Both the position numbers and the translations under genes were made by a program. Below, piece by piece: positions 1 to 10,350 of a DNA stretch of 64,000 bases. Each line of letters opens with the position of its first letter. The stretch's first letter is position 1. The DNA is from a virus: the UHGV virus genome UHGV-0468246. The stretch is one strand, 5' to 3'. The notes beneath the pieces are model-generated. The model was given only the letters and a program-made list of their open reading frames with translations, did no database searches and was not told the origin of the DNA.

Positions 1-3000
1 GAACACGTCAACCTGAACCGACGCTATGGCCTGCGAGCGGACGAGCTTGCTCTGCGACTGTATGCCGATCTCGTCGCCGTCGTCGGGTGCCGGGGTGTAC
101 GGTGTCGCCTTGCTCCCCGATTCCAGCTTCAGGGTGCCCTTCCTCACCTCGACCCATTTGGTAGCGTCGTACGAAGCGAGCGAGTAGAACAGCAAGGCTT
201 GGTAGTTCGTCCTGACGTTCGCGTTCGCCATGCTGAACGTCCATTCGTACCTGTTCCACTCGGTCTCCGACATGGCGGACGGGTTCTTCGACGCTATCGA
301 CACGTTCGGTGCCGTCTTCTGCAAGAAGTAGAACAAGCCGAACGAATCTATGTTCCCACGGTACTCGAAGGACAGCGTTACCGTCTCGCCGTCCTGCACG
401 CAGCCGGGGAACGCGAGCGGCACCGACATGCTCACGTTCGAGTTTCCGCCGAACGTCAGGCGCAGGGCCTCCCCCACGTCGGTCAGCTTGCCAACACTTG
501 CGTTGTACAGGCTTATCCCGTCCTGCCCGTTCGCCGTCGCCGTTATGGGCATCTCCTTGGTGAACTTCAGCAGGTTCGCCCCCGGCCCGCTGGCGGGAGC
601 GTCCATCTTCAGCACGGTTCCGGAAACGCCGAACTCGGTGCTCTCGACCTCGGCGTTCAGGCCGCTCCACTCCTCGATCATGTCGGAAGGGTGGTCGAAC
701 ACCTCGCGCGGCGGGTTCTGGTTCACGGCGAAGTCGAAGCTCTTGAACGCCACCGCGCTGTTCACGTTGACGAACTCCAAGCTGTTCATCTCCTCGGTGG
801 AGGGAACCATGCGCTCGTCGCGCGTCAGCTCGAAGCCCACGTTCTTGTCGATCACCGAAGCGTCGTTGGCGAACGCTAGGAACTCGCTGTCAGGCTCGAC
901 CGCCGCGCGGAGGCCCGACAGGCCGAACGACACCTCGCGTATGGCCGCGACGAACGCAAGCTCGTCGGAGCGCTCGCGGCGCACGGTCTTGTAGGCGTGC
1001 CGCCCGTCTTCGTAGAAGCGCATCTTCACCGTCTTGCCCTCGACCGGCTCGCGCGGCGACTGCGGAAGCTGCCGCTCGTAGCGCATGTTCTCCGCGAGGA
1101 CGGAGCTGATCGCCCCGTTGTCCGTGAAGCGCCAGCTCGCCGGTGTCACCAGCGAGGGGAGGTACAGGGGATTGTAGCTCTGCGATATGATGTCCTCGAT
1201 GCCGCGCTGGCGCTCGGCCTCTTGGTAGATGTTCGACGTTCCGATGGCATCGTACACCCCGAGCCGGTCTTCGTAGATCGGGCTGTCCTGCGTGGTGAGG
1301 AGCTGGCGGTACAGCTCGGTCGCGTAGGTGCTGGCGGGCTGCTGCTCGAAGTAGTGCTTCACCTCGTAGGGGTATTCCAGCTCCTCGACCTCGATGCCGT
1401 CCGACACAACCGTGTAGGGGATGGCCGACAGGCCGGTGAACTCCAACTTGACGAACGTGCACTTGCGCAGCGGCAGCGAGTAGTCGGCGCTCTGCAAGGA
1501 GTACACGGCGGGGTACGGCTTCCACGATGCCGTCTCCCAGTCGCCGTCCTCCGTCGAGTAGACGTTCATCTGGCACCCGCCGTACACCGCGTCGATTCTC
1601 ATGGAGTTCACGCGCGAGGCGTTGCCGCTCGCGTCCCTCAAATCGAACACGAGCCATTCTAAGGCGCTCTGCGTGACGTTCGGCTTGCTGCACCAGAACG
1701 TGGACGGCATGCCGTCGTGCAGCCTCTCCGGGCCGCTCACGGCCATCTCCGTCTCCACCTTGTTGCCGAACGGGTCGGAGAACACGGCGGGCGCGAAGTC
1801 CTCTGCGTCCATCACGTCGTAATGGAGCGACAGACCGGCCATGTCTATGGAGAACGGGAAGTCGTCGGCCTTCAGAGCGCCGTCCGGCAGCGTCTTGTAG
1901 TAGGGCGCTTCGAGGCGCGTGAAGACGAGGCGGAAGCCGTAGGCCGTCGCGAGGTTGAAGCGGAACGTAACCGTCGCCATGTCGCCCGTCACCGAAGCGC
2001 CGCCCCACGAGCGCGAGGTGTAGGACAGCGGCGTGCCAAGCTCGTTGGTGAGCTGAAGCCACGTTCCGGCCTCCTCGTCCACGAGGACGTACGGGACGAT
2101 CTCCACGGGCTTCTTCGACACCTCGAACTCCAAGCGGTTCACCGGCACGCCCTTCTGAAGGCGAACCTCGAACCACTCGTGCGGCCTGTCCGCCGGATAG
2201 GCCTCGTCGCTCGACCAGATGCGCGAGCTGCGCGCGTCCTCGCTGAACTGGCACTGCACGACGGGGATGTACTCGACGGGGTACGACCAGTCCACCATGC
2301 CGTCGGAGCCGTAGTACGAAGCGCTGTAAAGGCGGCTCGCAACGTCGGACACGGCGTTCGCCGCCTTCTGCAAGTCCGTCCGCTCCGACGTGCCGAGCGA
2401 CCTGAACGCCGCCGCATGGCGCACGTCGTACGCCCCTATGTGCTCCGTCGATGCCGTCGCGTCCTCGATGGTGTAGGTGAAGTCGAACGTCTCCTCCTGA
2501 TGGTTCACGAGGGCCTGCGTGGGGGCCTCGCGCCGCTCGTTGGGGGAGACCCACAGGTTCAGGTCGTCGTCAACGTCGTACTCCCAGTCGGGCCGCCCCG
2601 TGACGTAGCGCTTGATCTGCCACAGGGAGCTTGACGCGAAGACATCTGCCACGGGCACGTCGGAATCGGGCCTCGTCTCCAAGATGAGGCTGTTGAAGAA
2701 CTCGTCGCGCTGCACGACGGTTATGACCGCATCCTGCGGCCTTATCCTCTTCGTTACCTTGTTGATGTTGTAGCGCTCCGCCTCGGTCACCTCGTCGGCA
2801 TCGACGACCACAACGTACTCGTTGTAGTCGGCCTGCGGGTACACGCCGGGCCGAAGGCTCGCCTGATCGCCGTCGTCCACGTTGACGCTCTCGTAGAACT
2901 TCCACGCTTCGAGAACCTTGCACGGCTTTCCGCACGCCGCCTCCGATGCGAGGCGTATGCCGAAGGCGGTGCCGCCGTACTGGAAGGCCGTCACGTACTT

Positions 3001-3348
3001 GTGGATGCGCGCGCGGTACTTGGCATCCTTCGCGTCGGCCTCGTCCTCCTGCTCCTTCGTGACGAGGCGCGTGCGCGGGTCGAACGCGTACGATTCGCTT
3101 TCGAGCCGCCTGAAGCCGAGCACGCGACCGTAGAACTCGTCGAGGTCGTTGTAGTGCGTCTCGTCGAGGCTCGTCTGCAAGCGCTTCAGCATGAGGTGGT
3201 TGCGCGCGGCCTCGACACCAGCGCCGCCGCAGAGAGCGTCGAGCAGGCGCACCATGTGCGACGAGCGCTTCTTGCTGTAGACCTCCTCCGGGAGGCCGGA
3301 AAGGTACTCCGCCCTGTTCGTCGGGCGCAGCTTGTTCACGCCGCCCAT
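1..3348 (-). CDS. large virion structural protein (over 1100 aa), putative baseplate-associated or tail-fibre protein; 3' end truncated by window edge
   Basis: Manual minus-strand translation from ATG 3346-3348 (1 nt after the stop of the upstream gene) gives an unbroken, protein-like frame (D/E/Y/F/N-rich, no Arg/Ala bias) to position 1. It is missing from the ORF track because it has no in-window stop. It follows the gp25-like and J-like baseplate genes. Confidence 0.55.
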   Translation of the reverse strand, partial: MGGVNKLRPTNRAEYLSGLPEEVYSKKRSSHMVRLLDALCGGAGVEAARNHLMLKRLQTSLDETHYNDLDEFYGRVLGFRRLESESYAFDPRTRLVTKEQEDEADAKDAKYRARIHKYVTAFQYGGTAFGIRLASEAACGKPCKVLEAWKFYESVNVDDGDQASLRPGVYPQADYNEYVVVVDADEVTEAERYNINKVTKRIRPQDAVITVVQRDEFFNSLILETRPDSDVPVADVFASSSLWQIKRYVTGRPDWEYDVDDDLNLWVSPNERREAPTQALVNHQEETFDFTYTIEDATASTEHIGAYDVRHAAAFRSLGTSERTDLQKAANAVSDVASRLYSASYYGSDGMVDWSYPVEYIPVVQCQFSEDARSSRIWSSDEAYPADRPHEWFEVRLQKGVPVNRLEFEVSKKPVEIVPYVLVDEEAGTWLQLTNELGTPLSYTSRSWGGASVTGDMATVTFRFNLATAYGFRLVFTRLEAPYYKTLPDGALKADDFPFSIDMAGLSLHYDVMDAEDFAPAVFSDPFGNKVETEMAVSGPERLHDGMPSTFWCSKPNVTQSALEWLVFDLRDASGNASRVNSMRIDAVYGGCQMNVYSTEDGDWETASWKPYPAVYSLQSADYSLPLRKCTFVKLEFTGLSAIPYTVVSDGIEVEELEYPYEVKHYFEQQPASTYATELYRQLLTTQDSPIYEDRLGVYDAIGTSNIYQEAERQRGIEDIISQSYNPLYLPSLVTPASWRFTDNGAISSVLAENMRYERQLPQSPREPVEGKTVKMRFYEDGRHAYKTVRRERSDELAFVAAIREVSFGLSGLRAAVEPDSEFLAFANDASVIDKNVGFELTRDERMVPSTEEMNSLEFVNVNSAVAFKSFDFAVNQNPPREVFDHPSDMIEEWSGLNAEVESTEFGVSGTVLKMDAPASGPGANLLKFTKEMPITATANGQDGISLYNASVGKLTDVGEALRLTFGGNSNVSMSVPLAFPGCVQDGETVTLSFEYRGNIDSFGLFYFLQKTAPNVSIASKNPSAMSETEWNRYEWTFSMANANVRTNYQALLFYSLASYDATKWVEVRKGTLKLESGSKATPYTPAPDDGDEIGIQSQSKLVRSQAIASVQVDVF

Positions 3349-3349
3349 G

Positions 3350-5344
3350 CTACATCCACCCCTGCTGCGTGCGGCTGTAGAAATGGACGTACTGGACGTA
3401 GAAGCATTCGTTGCCCTTCTGCCTGAAGTCGGTCGTGTACTGCGCCTTCTGCGTCTTCCCGTCGCGCTCGTACTCCACGATGCCGTACGCGCCGAAGGTG
3501 CCGGAGCCGTCGGCCACCTTACCGGCAGCGTCGGCCTGCGTCGAAACCCTCACGTTATCGACACCGGCGACGTTGGCCGCCACCGTCTCGATGTCGGAGA
3601 ACTGGATTGTCTGGCCGAACGGGAGCGAGTTGGCCCAGTCTATCACGGCCTTCTCCACCGCCGCCTTTATCGCGTCCCGCGTGTACACGCTGAACATGAG
3701 CGTGAGGTGAACGCCGTACCTGCGTCGGCGCACCTCGTGAACCAGCGTGTTGGCCGTGACCACGCTCTGCTTCCCCACGAGCTTCTGCACCTCGGAGGGC
3801 ACCGTGTTGTAGACGAACGGGATGTTCAGCGGTGTCTCGTTGGTCAAGCTGATGTTCGTGCCAGCCGGAACGAAACTGTTCTTATCGCCGCTGTAGGTGC
3901 CCATAAGCTCCACAGCGTCCATGGCGCGCGAGCTGCCGTCTCGGTTCGCGTAGCCGGAATCGTACAGCATGCGGAACTGCTTGCCTTCTTGCAGGATGAT
4001 GTCCGCGCCGACGTTTATCATGCCGTTGTAAGAGCGCATGACGGGCTGGTAGGACAGGGGTATGTACAGGTTGTTCTCGGTCGGCATCGTCCCGTCGTCG
4101 TGCCGCCAGTTCCCACGGTTCTGCGCCGTGACGAGCTTGTTGAAGTCGATGAACTGAAGGTCGGCGACCGTCTGCCCGCTCTCGCCGTCCACGAACACCT
4201 CGACCGTCTTGATGCCGCCACGGTTCAGGTTGGACAGGTAGTCGTACTCGATGGTGATGAAGTCGCCGATGCTCGCCGCCTTGTAGACGTAGGACACCAG
4301 AACGGTCTGGCCCACGTAGTCGGCGGGGAACGAGGACGTTATCGTGATCTGGTTCCCGGACACCGTGAAGCCCGTCGTGATCGGCGTAACGCCGTCGTTC
4401 GACGTGATGCCGGACACGCGCAGGACGTTGGGCTGCGAAAGCGAGTAGGAGTTGCCCCGCATGACGGGGCCGATAAGCTCGGTCGTCGCCACGTCGTGGA
4501 AGGTTATCACGGCGTTCTCCGCGTCAACGTCGTACTCGCCGCGAGAGTACAGCTTGTCGGTGTCCGCGTTGCGCACCCAGAAGCGGTTCTGCACGTCGAG
4601 CATTTCGGCAACCTCGTCGATTGAGTACGTCGCCGTGTAGTTGCTCTGGACTGCCACCGTCTCCGTCCACGTGCTCTCCTGCCCGATGACCGATGCGCGG
4701 CTGTCGGCGGCATGCGCGAGCGCGAGGCCCAAGTACTGGTCTACGGTGCCGAACTCGCCACGGAATATCGTGTTCACGATTCGGGTGCGGAACTCCGCGT
4801 CCGTCTCCAAGTCGCGCCCGCCGGTCATGGGGAGGTCGTTCGTCACGCCGAAGTAGCCGGTGTAGCTCACGGAGTACGTGACGGTGTTGGCCGCGACGTT
4901 CGCCGCGCTGCCAGCGACGGTGGCGACCACCGGTATCTCCGCCTTGGTGACACCCTTCGCCATCTCCTGATAGCTCGTCGTCTGGAAGTACACGGCGGCC
5001 TGCGTCGCGGTCGCGGGCTTGTAGAACTGCGCGCCGTAGGCTATCGCCTGCACGCTGTCGGCGTTGTCGCGCGTGATGGAGATTGTGCCGCTCGCCGCCT
5101 GCGCCTGCTGGCGCGCGAAGCCGAACATCGCGCCGAAAGCGTCAAGCTCGGAGCCGCTGTAGGAATCGACCGACCACAGGGTGGTCGTTGTGTTCTCGTC
5201 AACCACGAGGCTCGCGAGCTGCGATGCCACGGCGGTGATGATCTTGCGCGTCGGGGTGCCGAGCGTCGTGCTCAACGTGGGGTCTACCGTCGCGAGCTGG
5301 TTTATGATGCTGGCCTCGAATTGCGCCTGCGTTTGTGCTGCCAT
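3350..5344 (-). CDS. baseplate J-like protein (putative)
   Basis: 664-aa ORF immediately downstream of the gp25-like gene, the gene order expected of contractile-tail baseplates. Protein-like composition. Assignment rests on position and size. Confidence 0.45.
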   Translation of the reverse strand: MAAQTQAQFEASIINQLATVDPTLSTTLGTPTRKIITAVASQLASLVVDENTTTTLWSVDSYSGSELDAFGAMFGFARQQAQAASGTISITRDNADSVQAIAYGAQFYKPATATQAAVYFQTTSYQEMAKGVTKAEIPVVATVAGSAANVAANTVTYSVSYTGYFGVTNDLPMTGGRDLETDAEFRTRIVNTIFRGEFGTVDQYLGLALAHAADSRASVIGQESTWTETVAVQSNYTATYSIDEVAEMLDVQNRFWVRNADTDKLYSRGEYDVDAENAVITFHDVATTELIGPVMRGNSYSLSQPNVLRVSGITSNDGVTPITTGFTVSGNQITITSSFPADYVGQTVLVSYVYKAASIGDFITIEYDYLSNLNRGGIKTVEVFVDGESGQTVADLQFIDFNKLVTAQNRGNWRHDDGTMPTENNLYIPLSYQPVMRSYNGMINVGADIILQEGKQFRMLYDSGYANRDGSSRAMDAVELMGTYSGDKNSFVPAGTNISLTNETPLNIPFVYNTVPSEVQKLVGKQSVVTANTLVHEVRRRRYGVHLTLMFSVYTRDAIKAAVEKAVIDWANSLPFGQTIQFSDIETVAANVAGVDNVRVSTQADAAGKVADGSGTFGAYGIVEYERDGKTQKAQYTTDFRQKGNECFYVQYVHFYSRTQQGWM

Positions 5345-5353
5345 GCCTTCTCC

Positions 5354-5791
5354 TTAGAGCGTCTGCGCGACGGAGACCTGCGTGGCCGCCGCCGTGCTCA
5401 CGATGACGAGGACGTTCACGTTCGTGCCGGTCGCGCTGACCGTTATGCTGTTGAGGGTGGAAACTATGTCGTCGTCCGTCCAGACCTGTAGGAACTCGTT
5501 GTCCGAGAGGCGCTGCTTGTCCCTTGCGATCTGCTCGTTCTGGGCCGCTATGTAGTTCGTCACGACGCGGTTGACCTCCGAGCGGATGGCCGTCAGGTTG
5601 TCGTCGAACGCGGGTGCCCCTATGTAGTTCCAGAGGTCGGAGCCGAACTTGGGGTAGACGGCATCCGTGCCGATAGGTTCGAGCAGCCAAAGCGCCATCT
5701 CCTGCTGGATGCGCGCGGCCCCCTCGACCATCACGGGCTTGCCGTCCCCTCCTATGACTATATCGCCATCCGCGACCTTGATGCACTTCAT
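5354..5791 (-). CDS. baseplate wedge protein, gp25/GPW-like
   Basis: 145 aa. The segment LWLLEPIGTDAVYPKFGSDLWNYIGAP resembles the GPW/gp25 core motif. AAGGAG-type RBS. A TGcTAGAAT extended -10 lies about 35 nt upstream. Confidence 0.5.
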   Translation of the reverse strand: MKCIKVADGDIVIGGDGKPVMVEGAARIQQEMALWLLEPIGTDAVYPKFGSDLWNYIGAPAFDDNLTAIRSEVNRVVTNYIAAQNEQIARDKQRLSDNEFLQVWTDDDIVSTLNSITVSATGTNVNVLVIVSTAAATQVSVAQTL

Positions 5792-5859
5792 GCGGTCGTC
5801 TCCTTACCCTAGTCGTCTTACGGACATTCTAGCAGCAAGGGCGGTCGGCGGCGACGGCC

Positions 5860-7743
5860 TTACGCGTCGCGGGAAACGGAGAACACGAACAGCTCGCTCG
5901 CAAGCTCGGTGAGCATGCTTTCCGCGAGAACGTCTATCCCCATGTACACGTGCCTGTCGCGGACGAGGACGGGTGCGTTCACGACCACATTGACGATGTT
6001 TTCAGCGCTCTGCACCTGATCGTAGCCCGTCGCCCTCCCCTTTCCCATGACGGTGAGCAGCCCGGTTGCCCCAAGCCCTATGTAGAACGAGCGGTCGTAG
6101 TCCGAAACCAAGCCGCCGTCGAGCGTGACCGAGTAGATGTACTCGCGGATGTTCGCTGCGCTCTCGCCGAACAGGCCGACGAACGGGTACGGTCGCATCT
6201 CCACGGTGTCGTCCACGTAGTATCCGCACCGACCGACGAGGCAGACGTACTTCCCGCCGCTCTCGATTATTTTATCGACAACCGCAATCGCGTCGGCCTC
6301 CATGTTCGACACCATGAACAGGCATGTGGCGGCGTTCCGGCTGTACTTGTCCTCATGCTTCAGATCGTCATCGAAGAGAACCCTCATGCGGTTGCTCGTC
6401 TTGTCGATCATGAGCGATGCCATGGAGTACCACGCCTCCATGTACGACACGTTGGCCTCGGTCTGCCAGTTCGCCGCCTGAAGCGAGCGCATGGACAGCG
6501 CCATGCCGTTGTAATCGGAGGCGTTGCGCTCCGATATGCGGTACTTGTCCATCGCGGCCCACAGCTCGATCACCTTCTCGTCCGATAGAAGGCGGTAGTC
6601 GGAGTAGTCGCCCACGACGACCTGCGAGGCGTTGTACTTCGCGAGCACGGAGAACATTCCGTCGGGCTGCGTTATGTCGGGCACGTCGAGCACGAATACC
6701 GGCTTGCACGCCTCCCCGATGCGGCAGCACACGGCGGTCAACGCCTCGAAGCTGCGAAGCTCGCTCTGCTCGTCGGTGCTCTTCTGGTACTTCATGGGCA
6801 TGCCCGCATAGGCCCAGCCGTACGTGCCGAAGTCGGACGCTATGCCGCTCCTCGCATACCCGGCACCGTCGGAATCGACTAGGCAGTAGGCGTAGTCGGG
6901 AACTATTGCCGTGAGGGCCGTCTGCCCTATCTTGGACTTGATCGAGACGCACAGCGCGCGCTGCTCCTCCGCGAGGAACGAGCGCCACAGCAGGTAGTCG
7001 TCGTCCACCCCGTTGATGACGTAGCGGTCGCTGGGCATGACGCGGTTCCGCTCGTAGAAGTTCCTGTCAGCCGTCGCGTTGCGGTCGTATCGCAGACCGG
7101 CAAGCCCGATGCCGTCGAGGCAGTACCCGTACACGTCGGTTCCGTGCATCGTGCGCAGCTCGTCGATGAGGGCGGTGAGCGCGTCCTTCGCCCCGGACGG
7201 CGAAAACATGCGCGAGTACTCGCCCGTGCTCGACCTCTGCTGGTACGGATGGAAGTCGGGGTTCGTCGTGTCGCTCCACAACTCTGACGACACGGCGCAC
7301 GTCACGGCCACGTTGCGGTGCCTGAAACGGTCGAGCAGCTGCTTCAGAACCGGGTTCTTGCCCAGCCCGTAATCGGCGGCGACCTCGCTGTCCCAGTAAA
7401 CCATGCCGTCCTTTGCGACGGTCAGAAGCACCTCGTCGAAGCCTGCGGACGCTATGTCCTCGACCACGACCCGCTCCTTGCCCACGCAGTCCGCCGCGTT
7501 CAGGCGGATGGCGTACCGCATCACGTTCGTCTCGCCGTTGGTGACGCGGTTCCACAGCTTCCACTTGTTCGAGGCGATGCGCTGGATGAGCCACACTTCG
7601 TTGACCTTCGGCGGCTGGTCGAAGCCCGACAGGTCGAACGATATGGTGAGCTTGCCGGTCTGCGTCATGCATGTTATTCCGTCGCTGCCAACGTTGGTTA
7701 TCATCGCGGGCAGCATCTCGTTCTTGTTCATGTTCCTCTGCAT
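5860..7743 (-). CDS. hypothetical virion protein (627 aa)
   Basis: Long ORF with protein-like composition in the tail/baseplate block. Contains the embedded 16-mer CTCGATTATTTTATCG, which encodes DKIIE. Confidence 0.5.
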   Translation of the reverse strand: MQRNMNKNEMLPAMITNVGSDGITCMTQTGKLTISFDLSGFDQPPKVNEVWLIQRIASNKWKLWNRVTNGETNVMRYAIRLNAADCVGKERVVVEDIASAGFDEVLLTVAKDGMVYWDSEVAADYGLGKNPVLKQLLDRFRHRNVAVTCAVSSELWSDTTNPDFHPYQQRSSTGEYSRMFSPSGAKDALTALIDELRTMHGTDVYGYCLDGIGLAGLRYDRNATADRNFYERNRVMPSDRYVINGVDDDYLLWRSFLAEEQRALCVSIKSKIGQTALTAIVPDYAYCLVDSDGAGYARSGIASDFGTYGWAYAGMPMKYQKSTDEQSELRSFEALTAVCCRIGEACKPVFVLDVPDITQPDGMFSVLAKYNASQVVVGDYSDYRLLSDEKVIELWAAMDKYRISERNASDYNGMALSMRSLQAANWQTEANVSYMEAWYSMASLMIDKTSNRMRVLFDDDLKHEDKYSRNAATCLFMVSNMEADAIAVVDKIIESGGKYVCLVGRCGYYVDDTVEMRPYPFVGLFGESAANIREYIYSVTLDGGLVSDYDRSFYIGLGATGLLTVMGKGRATGYDQVQSAENIVNVVVNAPVLVRDRHVYMGIDVLAESMLTELASELFVFSVSRDA

Positions 7744-7744
7744 G

Positions 7745-9199
7745 TCACTTCTCCCACGAGACCATGCCGGGGAACCGAGTGTCGCCCTTCTCGCACTGCG
7801 GGCACACGAGCGTCACGCTCGTGCTGTACTGGCCCGCGTTCGGGCCTCCGCTGTGCTGCACGTTGGTGACGTACCCGGAAAGCCCCAAGCTCTTCACCTT
7901 CACGCGCATGCCGGGCCAGATGTTCGGCATCCACGTTATCTGCAAGCTCATCTGGTACTGGTTGGCCCAGTTTCGCATGAACTCGTACAGCGCGTAAAGG
8001 AACGGGAGGATGTACTGCGGGTTCGCGTCCGTCCCTCCGCTCGTCCCGCTGTCGTTCGGCTTCTCGATGACGTGCTGAAGCTGCTTCTTGGCGGGCCTCG
8101 CCCCGTAGCGGCGGTACAGCTCGCGCGGCGTGAACCGCCACTCCTCGCCCTCCGGTATGTTGATGAGCTTCTTCAGCAGCTCGCTCGGCTCGTTCGATAT
8201 GGCGTTCTCCCCGACATCGTTCAAAACGCCCGACGACAAGGCGGCTGTGTTGCTCTCGATGGACACCACGCCCTGCGTGAGCGCCCATTGCATGTCGGAG
8301 GTCTGGCCGCTGCTTGTGAGGTACTGCCCGCCGGTGTTCACGCCTGCGCAGAACTGATGGCTCACGAACGTGTCGTCGGACTGGGTTATCTTCAGGTCGA
8401 TCAGCTCGATGTCGTCGAGCAGAAGGCACGGCGTGTTGCCAGAAACGCCCCAGTAGTCGGGATACCACGCCATGAAGGTACCGTCCGGCCCGGCCATCAC
8501 CGTGCGCATGGACGAGTTGAATATGTCCTTGACCGTGTTCCACACCGGCTCGTCGTTCGCCAGCGCGCGCTCGCCGACGAGCAGCTGGGATGCCGCCGCG
8601 TTCATCGTGTCGCCGAAGCTCGATGCGAAGAACCACGCCGTCGAGGCGAGGGAGCCTGACGAGGAGTTCGCCCCTCCGCCCTGCGCCTCGGCCTCCTCGG
8701 TGCTGTCAGCATCGCCGCCGTACTCGCTCGCCGTTATTCCGTCCTTGCTCTGAACGTACCTCGGCGTAACAAACAAGAAGCCGCCGCTGTCGTACACGTT
8801 CACCGACAAGTTGTACTTCAGGGCATAGGACGATATTGCGTTGACGGCGTTCAACTTGGTTCGCTCGCCAACGTCGATAAGGGAGAACTCCCATGCAAGC
8901 CCGTAGCCGAAATAATGTATGTACTGCAAGAACTTGACGTTGCCGTCCTCGGCCCACCTCTCGGCGCTCTCCTTTGACACGTAGCCTGAATAGCCGAAGT
9001 CTATGGTAAGCCCGTTGTAGTTCTTTTCGAGGTCTGCCGCAAACAGGCGACACGCCGCCTCGAACGCGCCTTGGAGGCCGTTCGTGCCCTCTCCGCGCGT
9101 TTCGGCCTCGTTAACCCCCGCGTACTTGTCGTCGTCGGTTGGCACGAAGTACTTCCCTAGCATCCTATCCTCCGAACTGGTCGTACGCCGACCGGGCAT
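7745..9199 (-). CDS. hypothetical virion protein (484 aa)
   Basis: Long ORF, protein-like composition, tightly packed with its neighbours. Confidence 0.5.
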   Translation of the reverse strand: MPGRRTTSSEDRMLGKYFVPTDDDKYAGVNEAETRGEGTNGLQGAFEAACRLFAADLEKNYNGLTIDFGYSGYVSKESAERWAEDGNVKFLQYIHYFGYGLAWEFSLIDVGERTKLNAVNAISSYALKYNLSVNVYDSGGFLFVTPRYVQSKDGITASEYGGDADSTEEAEAQGGGANSSSGSLASTAWFFASSFGDTMNAAASQLLVGERALANDEPVWNTVKDIFNSSMRTVMAGPDGTFMAWYPDYWGVSGNTPCLLLDDIELIDLKITQSDDTFVSHQFCAGVNTGGQYLTSSGQTSDMQWALTQGVVSIESNTAALSSGVLNDVGENAISNEPSELLKKLINIPEGEEWRFTPRELYRRYGARPAKKQLQHVIEKPNDSGTSGGTDANPQYILPFLYALYEFMRNWANQYQMSLQITWMPNIWPGMRVKVKSLGLSGYVTNVQHSGGPNAGQYSTSVTLVCPQCEKGDTRFPGMVSWEK

Positions 9200-10301
9200 A
9201 TGCGATGCGCTTCTCCATCATGGGGACGGAACCGCGCGTGTACACCCGCTCGAACGCCTCCGTTGCCCATGGCAGATCGGTGATCGCCTTGAACTGGTCG
9301 AACGTCATCTTCTCCGCTATCCACGCCTGCGCGCCGTTCGGATACGTGTAAACTCCGTTGCCGGTGAAAGCGTCGAACTGGGCGGGTGCCTCGCTGACGA
9401 AGAACAAGAGCTGCGCCTGTATGTCCGTCCATTCGGTGCCGCGCTCCGACGCGAAGGCGCACAGGTCGCTGAACCGGCCAGAACCCGCCTCCCACTGAAG
9501 CAGCCCGCGTCCGGGGCCTCCGCCTCCTTGGCACGCCGCCGGGTCTACGCCGCTCTCCTGCTGCATGTTCCCGATCACGCCAGCCGCCGCCTGCTTGCTG
9601 AAGCCTTGGCTCATGCAGAAGTTCCACACCACCTCCGCGTTGCTGTTGCCGCTGAAGTCGGCAGCTCCGCCCGACGACGAGCCTTCGCTTGCCCCTCCTA
9701 TGGCGGGGCCTGACGTTTGCAGCATCTTGTAGATTTGATTCACCATGTCCGCACCTTGGGTGTCCGAGAGCTTCGCTTGGTACATGGATGTCGCCCACTC
9801 GATCACGTCGCTCGGTATCTGGCCCACGCTGATCTTCGACGCGGGCCAGTCCGCGACCGCTTGGAGCACCTTGACCCCGCTCTTCCAATAGCCGCCGTCC
9901 TGCTCCGTATCGTCCTGCCCACGATAGACGAGCCAGAAGCTCTCCTCCAAGCCCGCGTCCCAGTAGAGCTTCTGCAAGCGGTACAGGACATCGCGCCCCC
10001 TTATCTCAACCTCGTCGGTGTTGAGGTTGTAGTAAGGGGCCTTCGTGACGTAGCCCGCGAGGACTTGGTAGCGGTCTGCCTTGGAGAGGTATATGGCGAT
10101 CTTGTCCATGGGCATGAGAAGCCCGGTGTACTTTTCCCCCTCGTTCTTCAGGTGCAGGATGAAGTCGCTCGAATCGTCCGTCTTCAGGTTGACGGTGAAC
10201 CGCGTGATGTCGTCCGAGAGGTCGTACGCAGTCGTCCTCCCGTCGCGCGTCAGCGACACGTTGGCCTCGACCATGGGGGTGTATGTAAGGATAGCCGTCA
10301 T
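9165..10301 (-). CDS. tail-associated cell-wall hydrolase, paralog 3 (shared N-domain plus phage-tail-lysozyme-like C-domain)
   Basis: The N-terminus MTAILTYTPMV and an internal GADMVNQIY motif are shared with two paralogs. The C-terminal part (GVIGNMQQESGVDPAA...GLLQWE) resembles the phage tail lysozyme domain. A TGgTAGAAT extended -10 sits 7 nt before the ATG at 10301, which suggests a leaderless transcript. Confidence 0.55.
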   Translation of the reverse strand: MTAILTYTPMVEANVSLTRDGRTTAYDLSDDITRFTVNLKTDDSSDFILHLKNEGEKYTGLLMPMDKIAIYLSKADRYQVLAGYVTKAPYYNLNTDEVEIRGRDVLYRLQKLYWDAGLEESFWLVYRGQDDTEQDGGYWKSGVKVLQAVADWPASKISVGQIPSDVIEWATSMYQAKLSDTQGADMVNQIYKMLQTSGPAIGGASEGSSSGGAADFSGNSNAEVVWNFCMSQGFSKQAAAGVIGNMQQESGVDPAACQGGGGPGRGLLQWEAGSGRFSDLCAFASERGTEWTDIQAQLLFFVSEAPAQFDAFTGNGVYTYPNGAQAWIAEKMTFDQFKAITDLPWATEAFERVYTRGSVPMMEKRIAYARSAYDQFGG

Positions 10302-10350
10302 GGCTGACATTCTACCATTCGCGGCGCTCCCCCTCCATGCAGCTCGGCAC

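Noticed and set aside
199-2634. Plus- and minus-strand track ORFs 199..879, 350..994, 890..2554, 997..1662, 1717..2634, 8..670
   Set aside because: These are Arg/Ala/Ser-rich translations typical of wrong-frame or antisense reading of GC-rich coding DNA. The real gene occupies another minus-strand frame (1..3348).
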